In this document: piece after piece, positions 20,601 through 30,406 of the stretch | How the letters are laid out: the number at the start of each line of letters is the position of its first letter | How positions within the stretch are numbered: position 1 is the stretch's first letter | Assembly: GCA_963667175.2 (NCBI GenBank) | Contig: CAXXXF010000003.1 | Location: forward strand, 32,001-96,000 | Origin: Candidatus Latescibacterota bacterium | GTDB taxonomy: Bacteria; Latescibacterota; UBA2968; GCA-2709665 | Reading direction: 5' to 3' | DNA: 64,000 bases | Notes under the pieces: generated by a model | Seen by the model: only the letters and a program-made list of their open reading frames with translations | Database searches by the model: none | What the model was told of the DNA's origin: nothing | Made by a program: the position numbers and the translations under genes

Positions 20601-22508
20601 ATGACAGACGCGTTGCCCGAAATCGCCCTGGTCCAGATGGACGTGAAGCCGGGGCGGCCGGACCTGAACGTGGACCGGATGCTGCGTTACATCGACATGG
20701 CGCGGGAGGCGGGCGCGGACCTGGTCGTATTTTCGGAACTCTGCATTTCCGGCTACATCCTGGGCGACCTGTGGGAGGTGGACGCGCTCGTCGAGGATTT
20801 CGCGTCATACAGCGAAACGATCCGCGAGGCCAGCGGGGACATTGTCGTACTGTTCGGAAACGTGACGGTGGACCGGACGAACATCGGTGAGGACGGCCGC
20901 ATACGCAAGTACAATGCCGTCCACGTCTGCGCCGACGGCCGCTACGTGGCGCGCGAAAACGTCCCGGCCGGGCTTCCCTCGGGCGTACAGCCCAAGACGC
21001 TGCATCCGAACTACCGGTTCTTCGACGACGACCGCCACTTCTACTCGCTCCGCAAACTCGCCGATGCCCGCGGGGGCTCGGTTTACGACTGGACAGAGCC
21101 GTTCGAGGTCCGCCTGAGGGACGGCCGGACGTTCCGGTTCGGCGTGCAACTCTGCGAGGACATCTGGTGCCAGGACTACGGTTACGAGGACGATATCCTG
21201 GATACGCTCCGCGTCTTCCACGAACGCGGGTCGCAGGCGCTGTTCAATCTGTCCTCGTCCCCCTGGACCTGGCAGAAGAACGTGAAGCGAAACCGGGTCG
21301 TCAGGGAGATTCTGCGTCGTTCTCCCGTTCCCGTCTTCTACTGCAACCACGTTGGGGCGCAGAACAACGGCAAGAACATCATCGTCTTCGACGGAGATAC
21401 GACGGTCTATTCCCCCGAGGGCGACATTCTGCGCCGCGCGCGTCCCTGGCGGGAGCAGATGGTCCTGAGCCGGGGCGGAGACCCGCCGGCGGCTTCCCAG
21501 GACGAGATCGCCGCGATCTACGATGCCATCCTGACCGGACTGCGGCATCTGGACGATATCCGCGAGGAGGAGAACCGGTTTCTGGTTGGCGTCAGCGGGG
21601 GCATCGACTCGAGCGTGACCGTATCCATCCTCGCGCAGACCTTCGGACCGGAGCGGGTATTCGCGGTGAATATGCCCACGCGGTTCAACGCGTCCATCAC
21701 CAGGAACAACGCGAGGCACGTCTGCCGTACCCTCGAGGTGGACTATTTGAGCTGCCCGATCCAGGACCTGTACGAGGCCCTGTCCGAGAAGATCAAAGGC
21801 GTGCGCTTTTCCAGGTCGCCGGGCGACTATACCCGCCTGGTGGACGAGAACCTTCAGGCGCGCATCCGCGGGGCGGATATCCTGCCCGCGCTGGCCGCGA
21901 AGTTCGGGCTGGTCTTCACCAACAACGGCAACAAGACCGAAACAGCGCTGGGTTACGCCACGCTGTACGGCGACGTGAACGGCGCCGTGGCGCCGATTGC
22001 GGACCTCTACAAAGTGCAGGTGTTGCAACTGGCCCGGTTCCTGAACGAACAGGTTTTCTTCAGGGAGGTCATCCCGGATAACCTGATCAGCGGGGAGACG
22101 GCGCCCAGCGCGGAACTGTCGGACGCCCAGGACGTGACCCGGGGCCTGGGGGACCCGATCAAGTACGGATACCACGATGCAGTTCTGCGCCAGATCATCG
22201 AATACCGGAAAGACCCGGTCGATTTTCTGCAATGGTTCGTGGACGGCGTCCTGCTGGATGAGATCGGGTGGAACGACCTCGGGAAGTTCCGTGCCTGGTT
22301 TCCCGACGTGAGCGGCTGGATAGAAGACCTGGAATGGGTCGCGCGGCAGGTGCGGATCAACTACTTCAAGCGCGTCCAGGCGCCGCCGATCATTGTGCTC
22401 AGCAAACGGGCGTTCGGGTTCGACCTGCGCGAGAGCCAGTTGCCGTCCTATCAAACCCGGCGCGACGGGGAATTGAAAGCGCTGGCGCTCTCGATGGAGA
22501 TACCATAA
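20601..22508 (+). CDS. nadE: glutamine-dependent NAD(+) synthetase
   Basis: Nitrilase-fold glutaminase domain (FSEL, K, LCEDIW) fused to synthetase domain (SGGIDS, ENLQARIRG, NKTE..GYATLYGD, PSAEL). Confidence 0.95.
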   Translation: MTDALPEIALVQMDVKPGRPDLNVDRMLRYIDMAREAGADLVVFSELCISGYILGDLWEVDALVEDFASYSETIREASGDIVVLFGNVTVDRTNIGEDGRIRKYNAVHVCADGRYVARENVPAGLPSGVQPKTLHPNYRFFDDDRHFYSLRKLADARGGSVYDWTEPFEVRLRDGRTFRFGVQLCEDIWCQDYGYEDDILDTLRVFHERGSQALFNLSSSPWTWQKNVKRNRVVREILRRSPVPVFYCNHVGAQNNGKNIIVFDGDTTVYSPEGDILRRARPWREQMVLSRGGDPPAASQDEIAAIYDAILTGLRHLDDIREEENRFLVGVSGGIDSSVTVSILAQTFGPERVFAVNMPTRFNASITRNNARHVCRTLEVDYLSCPIQDLYEALSEKIKGVRFSRSPGDYTRLVDENLQARIRGADILPALAAKFGLVFTNNGNKTETALGYATLYGDVNGAVAPIADLYKVQVLQLARFLNEQVFFREVIPDNLISGETAPSAELSDAQDVTRGLGDPIKYGYHDAVLRQIIEYRKDPVDFLQWFVDGVLLDEIGWNDLGKFRAWFPDVSGWIEDLEWVARQVRINYFKRVQAPPIIVLSKRAFGFDLRESQLPSYQTRRDGELKALALSMEIP

Positions 22509-22516
22509 GAGCTCAC

Positions 22517-22568
22517 AGCTATCAGCGGTCAGCCATCAGCTTGAAGCAAGCCAGAACCGAAAAAAAAA
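22517..22568. repeat. 7-bp-period repeat element, related to 3908-3958
   Basis: AGCTATCAGCGGTCAGCCATCAGCTTGAA just after the nadE stop. Confidence 0.55.
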
Positions 22569-22594
22569 TCGTTTACAGCGCCGATGTTGAATTT

Positions 22595-22618
22595 GTAGGG
22601 GCGGTTCGCGAACCGCCC
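22595..22618 (+). repeat. GTAG-family REP palindrome
   Basis: GTAG followed by the perfect palindrome GGGCGGTTCGCGAACCGCCC. Confidence 0.7.
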
Positions 22619-22677
22619 GCAAATCGGCGCAGGTTCCGGGAAACCGCCGAAGACGAATTTCGAAGAGGTGATCAGGA

Positions 22678-23556
22678 GTGACCTCAATTAAAGACGCAAT
22701 TTCCCATATAGAGGGAACCGTAGGCCTGTCTGCCAGACACCTGGAAACCGGGCGGGAGATTCATCACAATGCCGATGACGTGTTCTTCACCGCCAGCACG
22801 CTGAAAGTGCCCATCCTCGTCGAACTCTACCGCCAGGTGGACCGGGGCAGAATCGATCTGAATCGGCGCTTCGAACTCAGCGACGATCTTCGCGTTCCCG
22901 GCTCGGGCATCCTCAAGGAAATGGCTCCGGGCCTCAACCCAACCGTGCACGATCTGGCCATGCTGATGATCATCATCAGCGACAACACCGCAACGGATAT
23001 TCTCTATAACCTGGTTGGCGGAGACAATCTGAACGAAACGATGCGGGAACTCGGACTCCTGAAGACCCGCATCCCTATGACGGTCAGACAACTGCTCTTC
23101 AGCGTCGTGGGTCTGGATCCCGGGAATCCGGACCATTCCTATGAAACCTGCGCCAGCCGGCTCTTCAACCAGGAATACGTACTCGACGGCGCGGGATACG
23201 ACGTCGACCGGTCCGATGTTTCCTCACCCGGCGATATGTGCAGGCTGCTGGAATTGCTGGTTTCGGGCGATCTGCTGTCGACCGCGTCCCGGAACGGCGC
23301 CCTGAACATCCTGAAGCGCCAACAGCTCAGGACCGTGATTCCCCATGCGCTGCCCGTTGGGATCGACGTTGCGCACAAGACGGGCTTCTACCACGGCGTG
23401 CGCGCCGACGTGGGCATCGTCTTTTCGGCGGCCGGTCCATATGCCGTTGCCATCATGGCCAAAGACGTGACGTGCTCCGACCGGCTTGTCTTCGACCTCA
23501 GCCTCGCCGCGCTTTCAAGGGCGGTGTTCGACACGCTGGTCGAATCGCCCCGATGA
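22678..23556 (+). CDS. class A beta-lactamase-related serine hydrolase
   Basis: SxxK (STLK), SDN and KTG motifs; no signal peptide. Confidence 0.88.
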   Translation: MTSIKDAISHIEGTVGLSARHLETGREIHHNADDVFFTASTLKVPILVELYRQVDRGRIDLNRRFELSDDLRVPGSGILKEMAPGLNPTVHDLAMLMIIISDNTATDILYNLVGGDNLNETMRELGLLKTRIPMTVRQLLFSVVGLDPGNPDHSYETCASRLFNQEYVLDGAGYDVDRSDVSSPGDMCRLLELLVSGDLLSTASRNGALNILKRQQLRTVIPHALPVGIDVAHKTGFYHGVRADVGIVFSAAGPYAVAIMAKDVTCSDRLVFDLSLAALSRAVFDTLVESPR

Positions 23557-23578
23557 AGAATCGAAGGAGACCCGCCAG

Positions 23579-24301
23579 GTGGAGAAGCCCGATGACAGCA
23601 ACATGGACGCGCTCAGGAACTCCCGGTATCCGGGACGCGGAATCGTCATCGGGCAGACGCCCGACGCTCGATACTTCGTCCAGGTCTACTGGATCATGGG
23701 GCGCAGCGCGGGGAGCCGGAACCGCGTCTTCGTTGCCGACGGCAATACGGTCAGGACCCGGGCCCTTGACGAATCCGCGCTCGAGAACCCCGCCCTGGTT
23801 GTGTACCGTCCCGTGAGAGTCTTGAATGGCTGCCACGTAGTCTCCAACGGCGACCATACGGACACCATCATTGACGCGATTCAAGGCGGCGGTACCTTCG
23901 AATCCGCGCTGAATACCCGGACCTTCGAGCCCGACCCGCCGATCCTCACCCCCCGGATCGCCGGAATCGTCGACCTGGAGGACCCATGCGCGGCCTACAA
24001 GCTTGCGATCCTCAAGGCCGTGGGTCCAAGCGGCGATGCCGCCGCCAGGCACTACTTCAATTACGAGAAGGCGATCCCCGGTATCGGCCACTGCGTCTCG
24101 ACGTACAGCGACGACGGAGACCCGCCGCCCGCGTTTTCAGGCGAACCGTATGCCGTCGAACTGCACAACAGGATTGAAACGACCCGTGACGCTTACTGGG
24201 AGGTGCTGAACAGGGAAAACAGAGTCTCCCTGCTGGTCAAATTCATCCACGTCGCGTCGGGAAAAACCGATCTCAGCATCGTCAACAGGTACCAGGCATA
24301 G
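23579..24301 (+). CDS. IMP cyclohydrolase, PurO-like
   Basis: YPGRGIVIG, YWIMGRS..SRNR, SNGDHTD, FEPD.P..TPRI; GTG start after AAGGAG. Confidence 0.85.
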   Translation: MEKPDDSNMDALRNSRYPGRGIVIGQTPDARYFVQVYWIMGRSAGSRNRVFVADGNTVRTRALDESALENPALVVYRPVRVLNGCHVVSNGDHTDTIIDAIQGGGTFESALNTRTFEPDPPILTPRIAGIVDLEDPCAAYKLAILKAVGPSGDAAARHYFNYEKAIPGIGHCVSTYSDDGDPPPAFSGEPYAVELHNRIETTRDAYWEVLNRENRVSLLVKFIHVASGKTDLSIVNRYQA

Positions 24302-24303
24302 AT

Positions 24304-25020
24304 ATGGCGGCTACCCTCAAACACTTCTGGCCCGCGATCGCCTGCGCCATCGTCGCGCTCGCGTTCTGGGACACGCCCTACGTCAAACCGTTCAAGGTCT
24401 TTATGGTCCAGGTACACGAAATGGGCCACGCGGCCGCGACAATCGGCACCGGGGGCGAGGTCCTTGAAATCCGCGTCAACTGGGATGAATCCGGTCACGC
24501 GATGAGCCGGGGCGGCATTTTTCCGATCATCGCGTCGGCCGGGTACGTCGGTTCCGCCTTTCTGGGCGCCGTTTTCATCTACGTCAGCCTGTGGCCCCTG
24601 CTGCAACGGATCCTGCTTGCCGGGATCGGCTGCCTTTCCATCGGGATGGCGGTACTCTACACTCCATTGGGTAGCGTCGATTTCGCGTTCGGAATTGCGA
24701 GCGGCTTCGTTCTTCTGGTACCGTCCGTCCTGCTGCCGCGAGTTGCGCGCTGGGTGGCCACCTGGGTGGGCGTGATGCTCTGTCTCTACAGCCTCTACGA
24801 CTTCCGCACCGATCTCTGGCTGTATACCGAGCGCACCGATGCCGGCATCCTCGCCCGACATTGGGGCGCGCCGCTTCTGGCCTATCCGATCGCCCTGGTC
24901 TGGGCGCTGATCTCCGTGTACGCGATGTATCGATCCATGAGGTCGGTCGTGCGGAGGGGCCAAAACCTGGACACGCGTGACACCTCTAAAGGTGACGCGG
25001 TTTCCCCAGGCGGGGCGTGA
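24304..25020 (+). CDS. M50B-family membrane metallopeptidase
   Basis: HEMGH zinc motif, SAGY, TDA, multiple TM helices. Confidence 0.85.
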   Translation: MAATLKHFWPAIACAIVALAFWDTPYVKPFKVFMVQVHEMGHAAATIGTGGEVLEIRVNWDESGHAMSRGGIFPIIASAGYVGSAFLGAVFIYVSLWPLLQRILLAGIGCLSIGMAVLYTPLGSVDFAFGIASGFVLLVPSVLLPRVARWVATWVGVMLCLYSLYDFRTDLWLYTERTDAGILARHWGAPLLAYPIALVWALISVYAMYRSMRSVVRRGQNLDTRDTSKGDAVSPGGA

Positions 25021-25075
25021 GCCGAGGTTTTCGCGGGTCCGCGCCGCTCCAAAGCAATTTCCGAGGTTGTCCTCT

Positions 25076-25837
25076 ATGCATACGAGCCAAGTCCTGTCCG
25101 CTACGGATTTCCAATATTGGCAACGCGGCGCGAACGGTCCCGCTCGCGTACCCTTCGCGGCCTTCTGTCCCGACTACGAGGCGTCCGACCGCACGGGATT
25201 CGTCTCGCCCTGCCTGGAAGACGGCATCCTGCACGCCTCGCATGCGATTCTGGCGCTCACCACGGCGTTTTACGATGCCTGGCGCGCCAGGGCCGATGAC
25301 TTCTTCATCTACCCCCAGCACTTCGCCATTCTCGACATTTCGTCGGAAGGGGTCAATTCCGGAAGCGGACGCCTGCGCCTGGACGGGGACCGCCTGGGGT
25401 GGCCGTGGGGCAACCTGGACGTGTGGCCCGACTCGCAATGGATTCCGTCGGACGGCAGCGTTTCCGGCGCGCTGAAGAACGCGTTCGATCTCCACGTTAA
25501 CCGACTCTTCTGGCCCGAGTCATTTACCCCCGGCGCCCGCGAAAACCGTCTGCCCGAGTACGCGCTCAAGATCATGAGGACCCGCCTGAAGGCGGTGTAT
25601 TTCTACGGGTCCGAAGAGCCCGATATCGAGATTCGCGCGAGATCGAACGCGAATGAGGTCGCGGCGCAAAGCGTTTGGAGGCTGTCCCAACTCGAAGGGC
25701 TGTCGGCGGAGCATCTGCAGGTCGCGGGCGAAGAGGAAGATTCCGGAACAGGCCACTGTTACGTCGAACGGTATCGCAGGGTAGACCCCGGACAATTCCT
25801 GGAAGCCATGAGCGCCTGCTTCGAGAGCGGCGGGTGA
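25076..25837 (+). CDS. conserved hypothetical protein
   Basis: Host-like codon usage, GAGG RBS; LALTTAFYD..DDFFIYP..LDVWP block looks conserved; no function recognised. Confidence 0.6.
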   Translation: MHTSQVLSATDFQYWQRGANGPARVPFAAFCPDYEASDRTGFVSPCLEDGILHASHAILALTTAFYDAWRARADDFFIYPQHFAILDISSEGVNSGSGRLRLDGDRLGWPWGNLDVWPDSQWIPSDGSVSGALKNAFDLHVNRLFWPESFTPGARENRLPEYALKIMRTRLKAVYFYGSEEPDIEIRARSNANEVAAQSVWRLSQLEGLSAEHLQVAGEEEDSGTGHCYVERYRRVDPGQFLEAMSACFESGG

Positions 25838-25926
25838 GGTTCGATCCCATCGCTCCTCGGCCTCATATTCACCTGCGCTTCCTCAGCGTTTCGACCAAAA
25901 CGAAGGCTTGACCCTCGAGGTCTCCC

Positions 25927-27279
25927 GTGTTCAGCGCTGATACCCCATATAGGAGAACGGCCCGCGCCGAATCCGGGAGCCCCGTTCGCGTGGGTCTCAT
26001 CGGCGCCGGAAAATTCGGCACGATGTTTCTGGCGCAGGCCCGCCGGATTTCCGGTCTGCACGTCCTGGGCGTGGCAGATCTTTCCATTGAACGGGCGCGC
26101 GAGGCGCTGTCCCGCGCGGAGTGGCCGCCGGAGCAATTCGCCGCGCGAAGTTTCGACAGCGCACTCGAGACCGGCGCTACCCACCTCACCGACGACGGCG
26201 ATTCACTGGCCGGCGCCAATGGCCTGGACGTTCTGGTCGAAGCCACGGGAAATCCTCTGGCGGGTATCCACTACGCCCTGAATGCTATCCACGAAGGGCG
26301 CCACCTGGTCATGGTGAACGTCGAAGCCGACGTGCTCGCGGGTCCCGTACTGGCGCGGCGGGCGGCGTCTGCCGGCCTCGCCTACTCGCTTGCATACGGC
26401 GACCAGCCCGCCCTGATCTGCGAACTCGTCGACTGGGCGAGGACCAACGGATTTGACGTCGTCTGCGCCGGCAAGGGTACGAAACACCGGCCCGTTTATC
26501 ACGAATCGACCCCCGATACGGTCTGGGACCACTACGGAATCGACGCGGAAACGGCGGCGCGCGGCGGGATGAATCCGCGGATGTTCAATTCCTTCCTGGA
26601 CGGTACGAAATCGGCCATCGAGATGGCTGCCGTCTCGAATGCCACGGGGCTCGAGCCGCAGCCGGAAGGGTTGAACTTTCCGCCCTGCGGCATCGACCGG
26701 TTGCCGGACGTCTGCAGGCCACGGAGCGCGGGCGGTCGACTTTCCCGCAAGGGAACGGTGGAGGTCGTTTCCTGCGTGCATGCTGACGGCACACCCGTCG
26801 ATCAGCACCTGCGATGGGGTGTCTACGTCACGATCGAAGGGGCGGGCGACTATATCCGGCGCTGCTTCACGGAATACGGGTTGCCAACCGACGACTCCGG
26901 CCGGTACACCGCCATCTACCGCCCCTATCATCTGGTGGGCATGGAACTCGCGACCAGCGTGATGCGCGCGGGGTTGCACGGCGAAGCCACAGGCTGTCCC
27001 CGCGCCTTTGTCGCGGACGTCGCCGCCACCGCCAAGCGCGATCTTGCCGCGGGGGAAGTCCTGGACGGGGAGGGAGGGTACCGCGTTTATGGCAAACTCA
27101 TGCCGGCGGCCGGCGCCGTCGGGAACGGCGTCCTTCCTATCGGGCTGGCGCACGCGCTCAATCTGAAACGCGGAATCAAAGCCGGCCGGCCGATCCTTAG
27201 AGCCGACGTGGACCTGGACGAAGACAGCGACGTTTTCCGCCTTCGCAGGGAAATGGAAGGACAGTTGGAGGATTTGTAA
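25927..27279 (+). CDS. NAD(P)-dependent oxidoreductase with C-terminal SAF domain (COG4091, homoserine dehydrogenase-like)
   Basis: GLIGAGKFG, NVEAD, YGDQP, SFLDGTKS, RPYHL, AKRDL..GE.LDGEGG. Confidence 0.88.
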   Translation: MFSADTPYRRTARAESGSPVRVGLIGAGKFGTMFLAQARRISGLHVLGVADLSIERAREALSRAEWPPEQFAARSFDSALETGATHLTDDGDSLAGANGLDVLVEATGNPLAGIHYALNAIHEGRHLVMVNVEADVLAGPVLARRAASAGLAYSLAYGDQPALICELVDWARTNGFDVVCAGKGTKHRPVYHESTPDTVWDHYGIDAETAARGGMNPRMFNSFLDGTKSAIEMAAVSNATGLEPQPEGLNFPPCGIDRLPDVCRPRSAGGRLSRKGTVEVVSCVHADGTPVDQHLRWGVYVTIEGAGDYIRRCFTEYGLPTDDSGRYTAIYRPYHLVGMELATSVMRAGLHGEATGCPRAFVADVAATAKRDLAAGEVLDGEGGYRVYGKLMPAAGAVGNGVLPIGLAHALNLKRGIKAGRPILRADVDLDEDSDVFRLRREMEGQLEDL

Positions 27280-27354
27280 GCGTGAGAACGTTTCGCGGTT
27301 CAATCACTCCCCTCTCCCCGAATCCGGGAATCTGCCAACGAGGAAATTACGCCA

Positions 27355-29214
27355 ATGAACACATCACGAGACCTGGGCAACGGGTTCCGCCACCACGGCG
27401 TCGCGACGGACATCGCCAACAGCCGGGGGCTGGTCGCCACGGTGGACGGCCAGGGTCGGAACGTGGTCCTGCTCTGGCTGTACGACCATCGCGGCTGCTA
27501 TGCCTTGCTGCTGATCGACGCGGAGACGGGCGCCAGCGAACAGTACCCCCTCCCATTTCCGCCGGGCGATGACTTCAACGCCTGTCCTTTTTCGTCAATT
27601 CTCACGAGCGGCAACCTCTTCTGCAGCCATTTCCACAGCCGCTTCCTGGCCTTCGATCCCGCCGCACGGTCGTTCACGTTCTGGCATGAGACCGTACCGC
27701 AGATGGCCATGGGGATGACCGAAGACGACGATGGCCGCATCTGGGCGGCCACCCATCCGGATAGCGGCGTTCTGTCCTATGACCCCCAGACCCGCGCGTT
27801 CAGAGATTACGGTCACGTCTACAAGCAGAACTGGCGGCAATACCCGCGTTCGGTCGCCGCTGACGCCTCCGGTTGGGTGTACTTCGGCATCGGCAGTACC
27901 GCCAGTCAGATCGTCAGCCTGGATCCCGATTCCGGCGCCGCGGCGCCCATCCTCTCCGAAGACGAACGCGTCCAGGGCAGCGGCCACGTCTACCGCGACG
28001 TCAGCGGCAAGGTCTACGGACATGCCGGGGACGGCGCCAACAACTGGTTTGAGCTTTACCGGGGTACGCGAAGTCCCGTCGGGGGACTCGAAGAACAGAA
28101 CGAAAAACCGATCGTCACGGGCAGCCAGGGACTCTTCCACCGGAATTTCCCGGATGGCAAACGCATCGTGTCGTGTAATCTGGAAACCCGCACGCTATCG
28201 GTCGAAGACCCCGATTCCGGAGGAATCCGGGAAGTCGGCTTCGAATACACGACCGAAGGCGCCCACGTAATGGGGCTTGCCGCGGCGCCCGACGGGACCG
28301 TCAGCGGGGGCACAACCTTTCCGGCGCGCTTCTTCAGCTACGATCCCGCGGCCGACACGTGGGTCAACCGCCCCAACCTCGGCCAGTGGAACACCGTCGC
28401 GCGGCAGCTGGACCGGTTCTTCGCCGGCGCCTACACCGGCGGACTCCTGCTGGAATGGGACCCCGCCGCGCCCTGGGCGCCGACCGAAAAGGAAAACTCC
28501 GAATCCAACCCCCGGTTCCTGACCGAATGCAAACCCGCCATCAACCGCCCGCATACGCTGCTCGCCCATCCGGACGGGCAGACCGTGATTCTGGCGGGCA
28601 CCCCCAACTACGGCCACACGGGCGGCGGGATGCTGTTCTGGGACCGGGAGACCGGATCGGGCGTTCTGCTGGACCACACCGAAATCCTCCCCGATCACAG
28701 CACGATGAGTCTGGTCGCCCTTCCGGACGGCAACCTTCTGGGCGGCTCCACGACCGATCCCGGTACCGGGGGCGAGCGAAAGGCGGAAGAAGCCGAACTC
28801 TACGCGATGGATATAGAAACGAGGCGGGTCCTTTGGCGCGAGGCGGTCTTCCCCGGCGTGCAATCGTACACGGATCTCTGCCCGGGGCCGGGCGGAGTCG
28901 TCTACGGGATCACGGACCGGGAACGCTTCTTTGTGTTCGATCCCGATTCCAGAAAGGTCCTGCGCAGCGAAATCACCGCGGACAGGTACAGCCTGACGGC
29001 CAGACAGCAGGGCCCGCGGGTTTTCGTCACCACGCCGGCAGGCAACGTCTACTTGCTTTTTATCAAGGGAATCGTACGCGTAGATCCCTCCGACCACAGC
29101 CTCGCCTTGCTGGCCGAGTCTCCCGTGCCCATCGGCTTCGGCGGGGACTGGCTGAACGGACGCATCTACTTCGGAAGCGGCTCACACGTCTACAGCTACG
29201 GGAATTGCGAATAG
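27355..29214 (+). CDS. large beta-propeller protein of unknown function
   Basis: Repeated YDP/WDP/FDP blade-end motifs about every 40-50 aa; GAGG RBS. Confidence 0.65.
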   Translation: MNTSRDLGNGFRHHGVATDIANSRGLVATVDGQGRNVVLLWLYDHRGCYALLLIDAETGASEQYPLPFPPGDDFNACPFSSILTSGNLFCSHFHSRFLAFDPAARSFTFWHETVPQMAMGMTEDDDGRIWAATHPDSGVLSYDPQTRAFRDYGHVYKQNWRQYPRSVAADASGWVYFGIGSTASQIVSLDPDSGAAAPILSEDERVQGSGHVYRDVSGKVYGHAGDGANNWFELYRGTRSPVGGLEEQNEKPIVTGSQGLFHRNFPDGKRIVSCNLETRTLSVEDPDSGGIREVGFEYTTEGAHVMGLAAAPDGTVSGGTTFPARFFSYDPAADTWVNRPNLGQWNTVARQLDRFFAGAYTGGLLLEWDPAAPWAPTEKENSESNPRFLTECKPAINRPHTLLAHPDGQTVILAGTPNYGHTGGGMLFWDRETGSGVLLDHTEILPDHSTMSLVALPDGNLLGGSTTDPGTGGERKAEEAELYAMDIETRRVLWREAVFPGVQSYTDLCPGPGGVVYGITDRERFFVFDPDSRKVLRSEITADRYSLTARQQGPRVFVTTPAGNVYLLFIKGIVRVDPSDHSLALLAESPVPIGFGGDWLNGRIYFGSGSHVYSYGNCE

Positions 29215-29417
29215 GACAGGGAGGCAGGGTAGCGCCGGCAAGGTTTTTGCGTATGGTGAGGGTGTACCAGTCTCAACCGATAGGATTTTCCATAAACGTC
29301 GGCTGGCGGCGTACCCCTTGGCGTGTGATGAACGCTCCCTCTTGACACAGGGACCGTATACGGATAACTTTCCTACAGCACGAATCAGGTGCTTTTATGT
29401 AAGAGCGGAGGCGGCGC

Positions 29418-29765
29418 GTGACGCGCGAATCGATATGGAGTGTGTCGGATCGTGCTCTGTTCAGCTTCATAGCATTAACACATTTCATCTTTCAGATTTC
29501 CAGACTTTCCTTCTCGAAGTCAGTAAAAATACAAGACATTACAGACATTGGGATTTTTTCAGTTGTCGTTTCTTTCTTTACCATGGAGGCACTTGACATG
29601 GTGGGCGCGTTAACGGAAACGGTCCGAAAATGGCAATTTAAAAGGGGGCGTAAGAGAGGCCGGCAGGAAGCCGAAGAGAAATACATCCGATGGATAAGAG
29701 AGGAAGAGTCAAAGGGAACGGTTTTCAAGAGCCCTCCTCCCTCAGAGAACTCAAACCAGGAATGA
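29418..29765 (+). CDS. small hypothetical membrane protein
   Basis: GGAGG RBS + GTG; hydrophobic segments then a charged tail ending FKSPPP; followed by a terminator. Confidence 0.45.
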   Translation: MTRESIWSVSDRALFSFIALTHFIFQISRLSFSKSVKIQDITDIGIFSVVVSFFTMEALDMVGALTETVRKWQFKRGRKRGRQEAEEKYIRWIREEESKGTVFKSPPPSENSNQE

Positions 29766-29814
29766 CGAACAGAAAACGGAAAAAGCTCAGGATACGAATT
29801 CTAACCTGCTTGGG

Positions 29815-29850
29815 ATGGTCTCATTGGCACAAGCCAATGAGGCCATTTTT
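29815..29850 (+). terminator. rho-independent terminator
   Basis: ATGGTCTCATTGGC-ACAA-GCCAATGAGGCCAT followed by a T run. Confidence 0.65.
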
Positions 29851-30127
29851 GCTTTGACATCGCATGGACAGTTTGGTGACAACGAAAGCGGTAAGGTCAT
29901 TGCGAAAACTGCACGTGAAGCTTCTTTTCATTCAGGTGAAATATCCGTTCATCGCCATGACCCGGAATTGTAAGCCTTGATTCGAAATTTTCGGGTGACG
30001 TTAAATTGATTATATCCAGGTGAATAAAGGCGATTTGACATCGGATATCCAGGATACTTCAGGTCACTGGACGCGAACGGAAGAATTGTCCTTATGGACG
30101 ACCTTTACGCCCCGTTTGGCGCCGGTA

Positions 30128-30380
30128 CCTTTTGTGACTTTTGTGCTTTTTGTGGCTGATTTAGCGCTTATCTTTTTTCAAATTGAGGTTAAGGGTGGTC
30201 GGAATGACCACGGGCGGTCTATCGTGGTTTGATTCACTACCGTTATTCGTTTTCTCGTGCTTTTGTCGTGCTTTTTGGCTTTCCTCGTTTTTTTCGCGTT
30301 TTTTCGTGTGTTTCGTAGTTTCTGATGTTCGTTTTCTCGCGCTTTTTGGTTTTCATCCTGTTCATCTTGTCCATCCATGT
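30128..30380. repeat. cluster of three 9-bp-period dispersed repeats
   Basis: Matches to 6308-6368 (inverted), 5186-5218 (direct) and 35285-35313 (inverted, 26/29). Confidence 0.65.
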
Positions 30381-30406
30381 AAGTTCCGGTTTCTGCATCA
30401 AGAGGC

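Noticed and set aside
22678-23556. Functional beta-lactam resistance gene
   Set aside because: No signal peptide and no recognisable omega-loop Glu motif; better described as a beta-lactamase-fold serine hydrolase
25927-27279. Flagellar FlgA or true homoserine dehydrogenase
   Set aside because: The SAF domain is shared with FlgA, but this is a Rossmann-SAF oxidoreductase with no flagellar or thr context
30128-30380. CRISPR array
   Set aside because: Short degenerate periodic tracts without constant repeats and unique spacers; no cas genes
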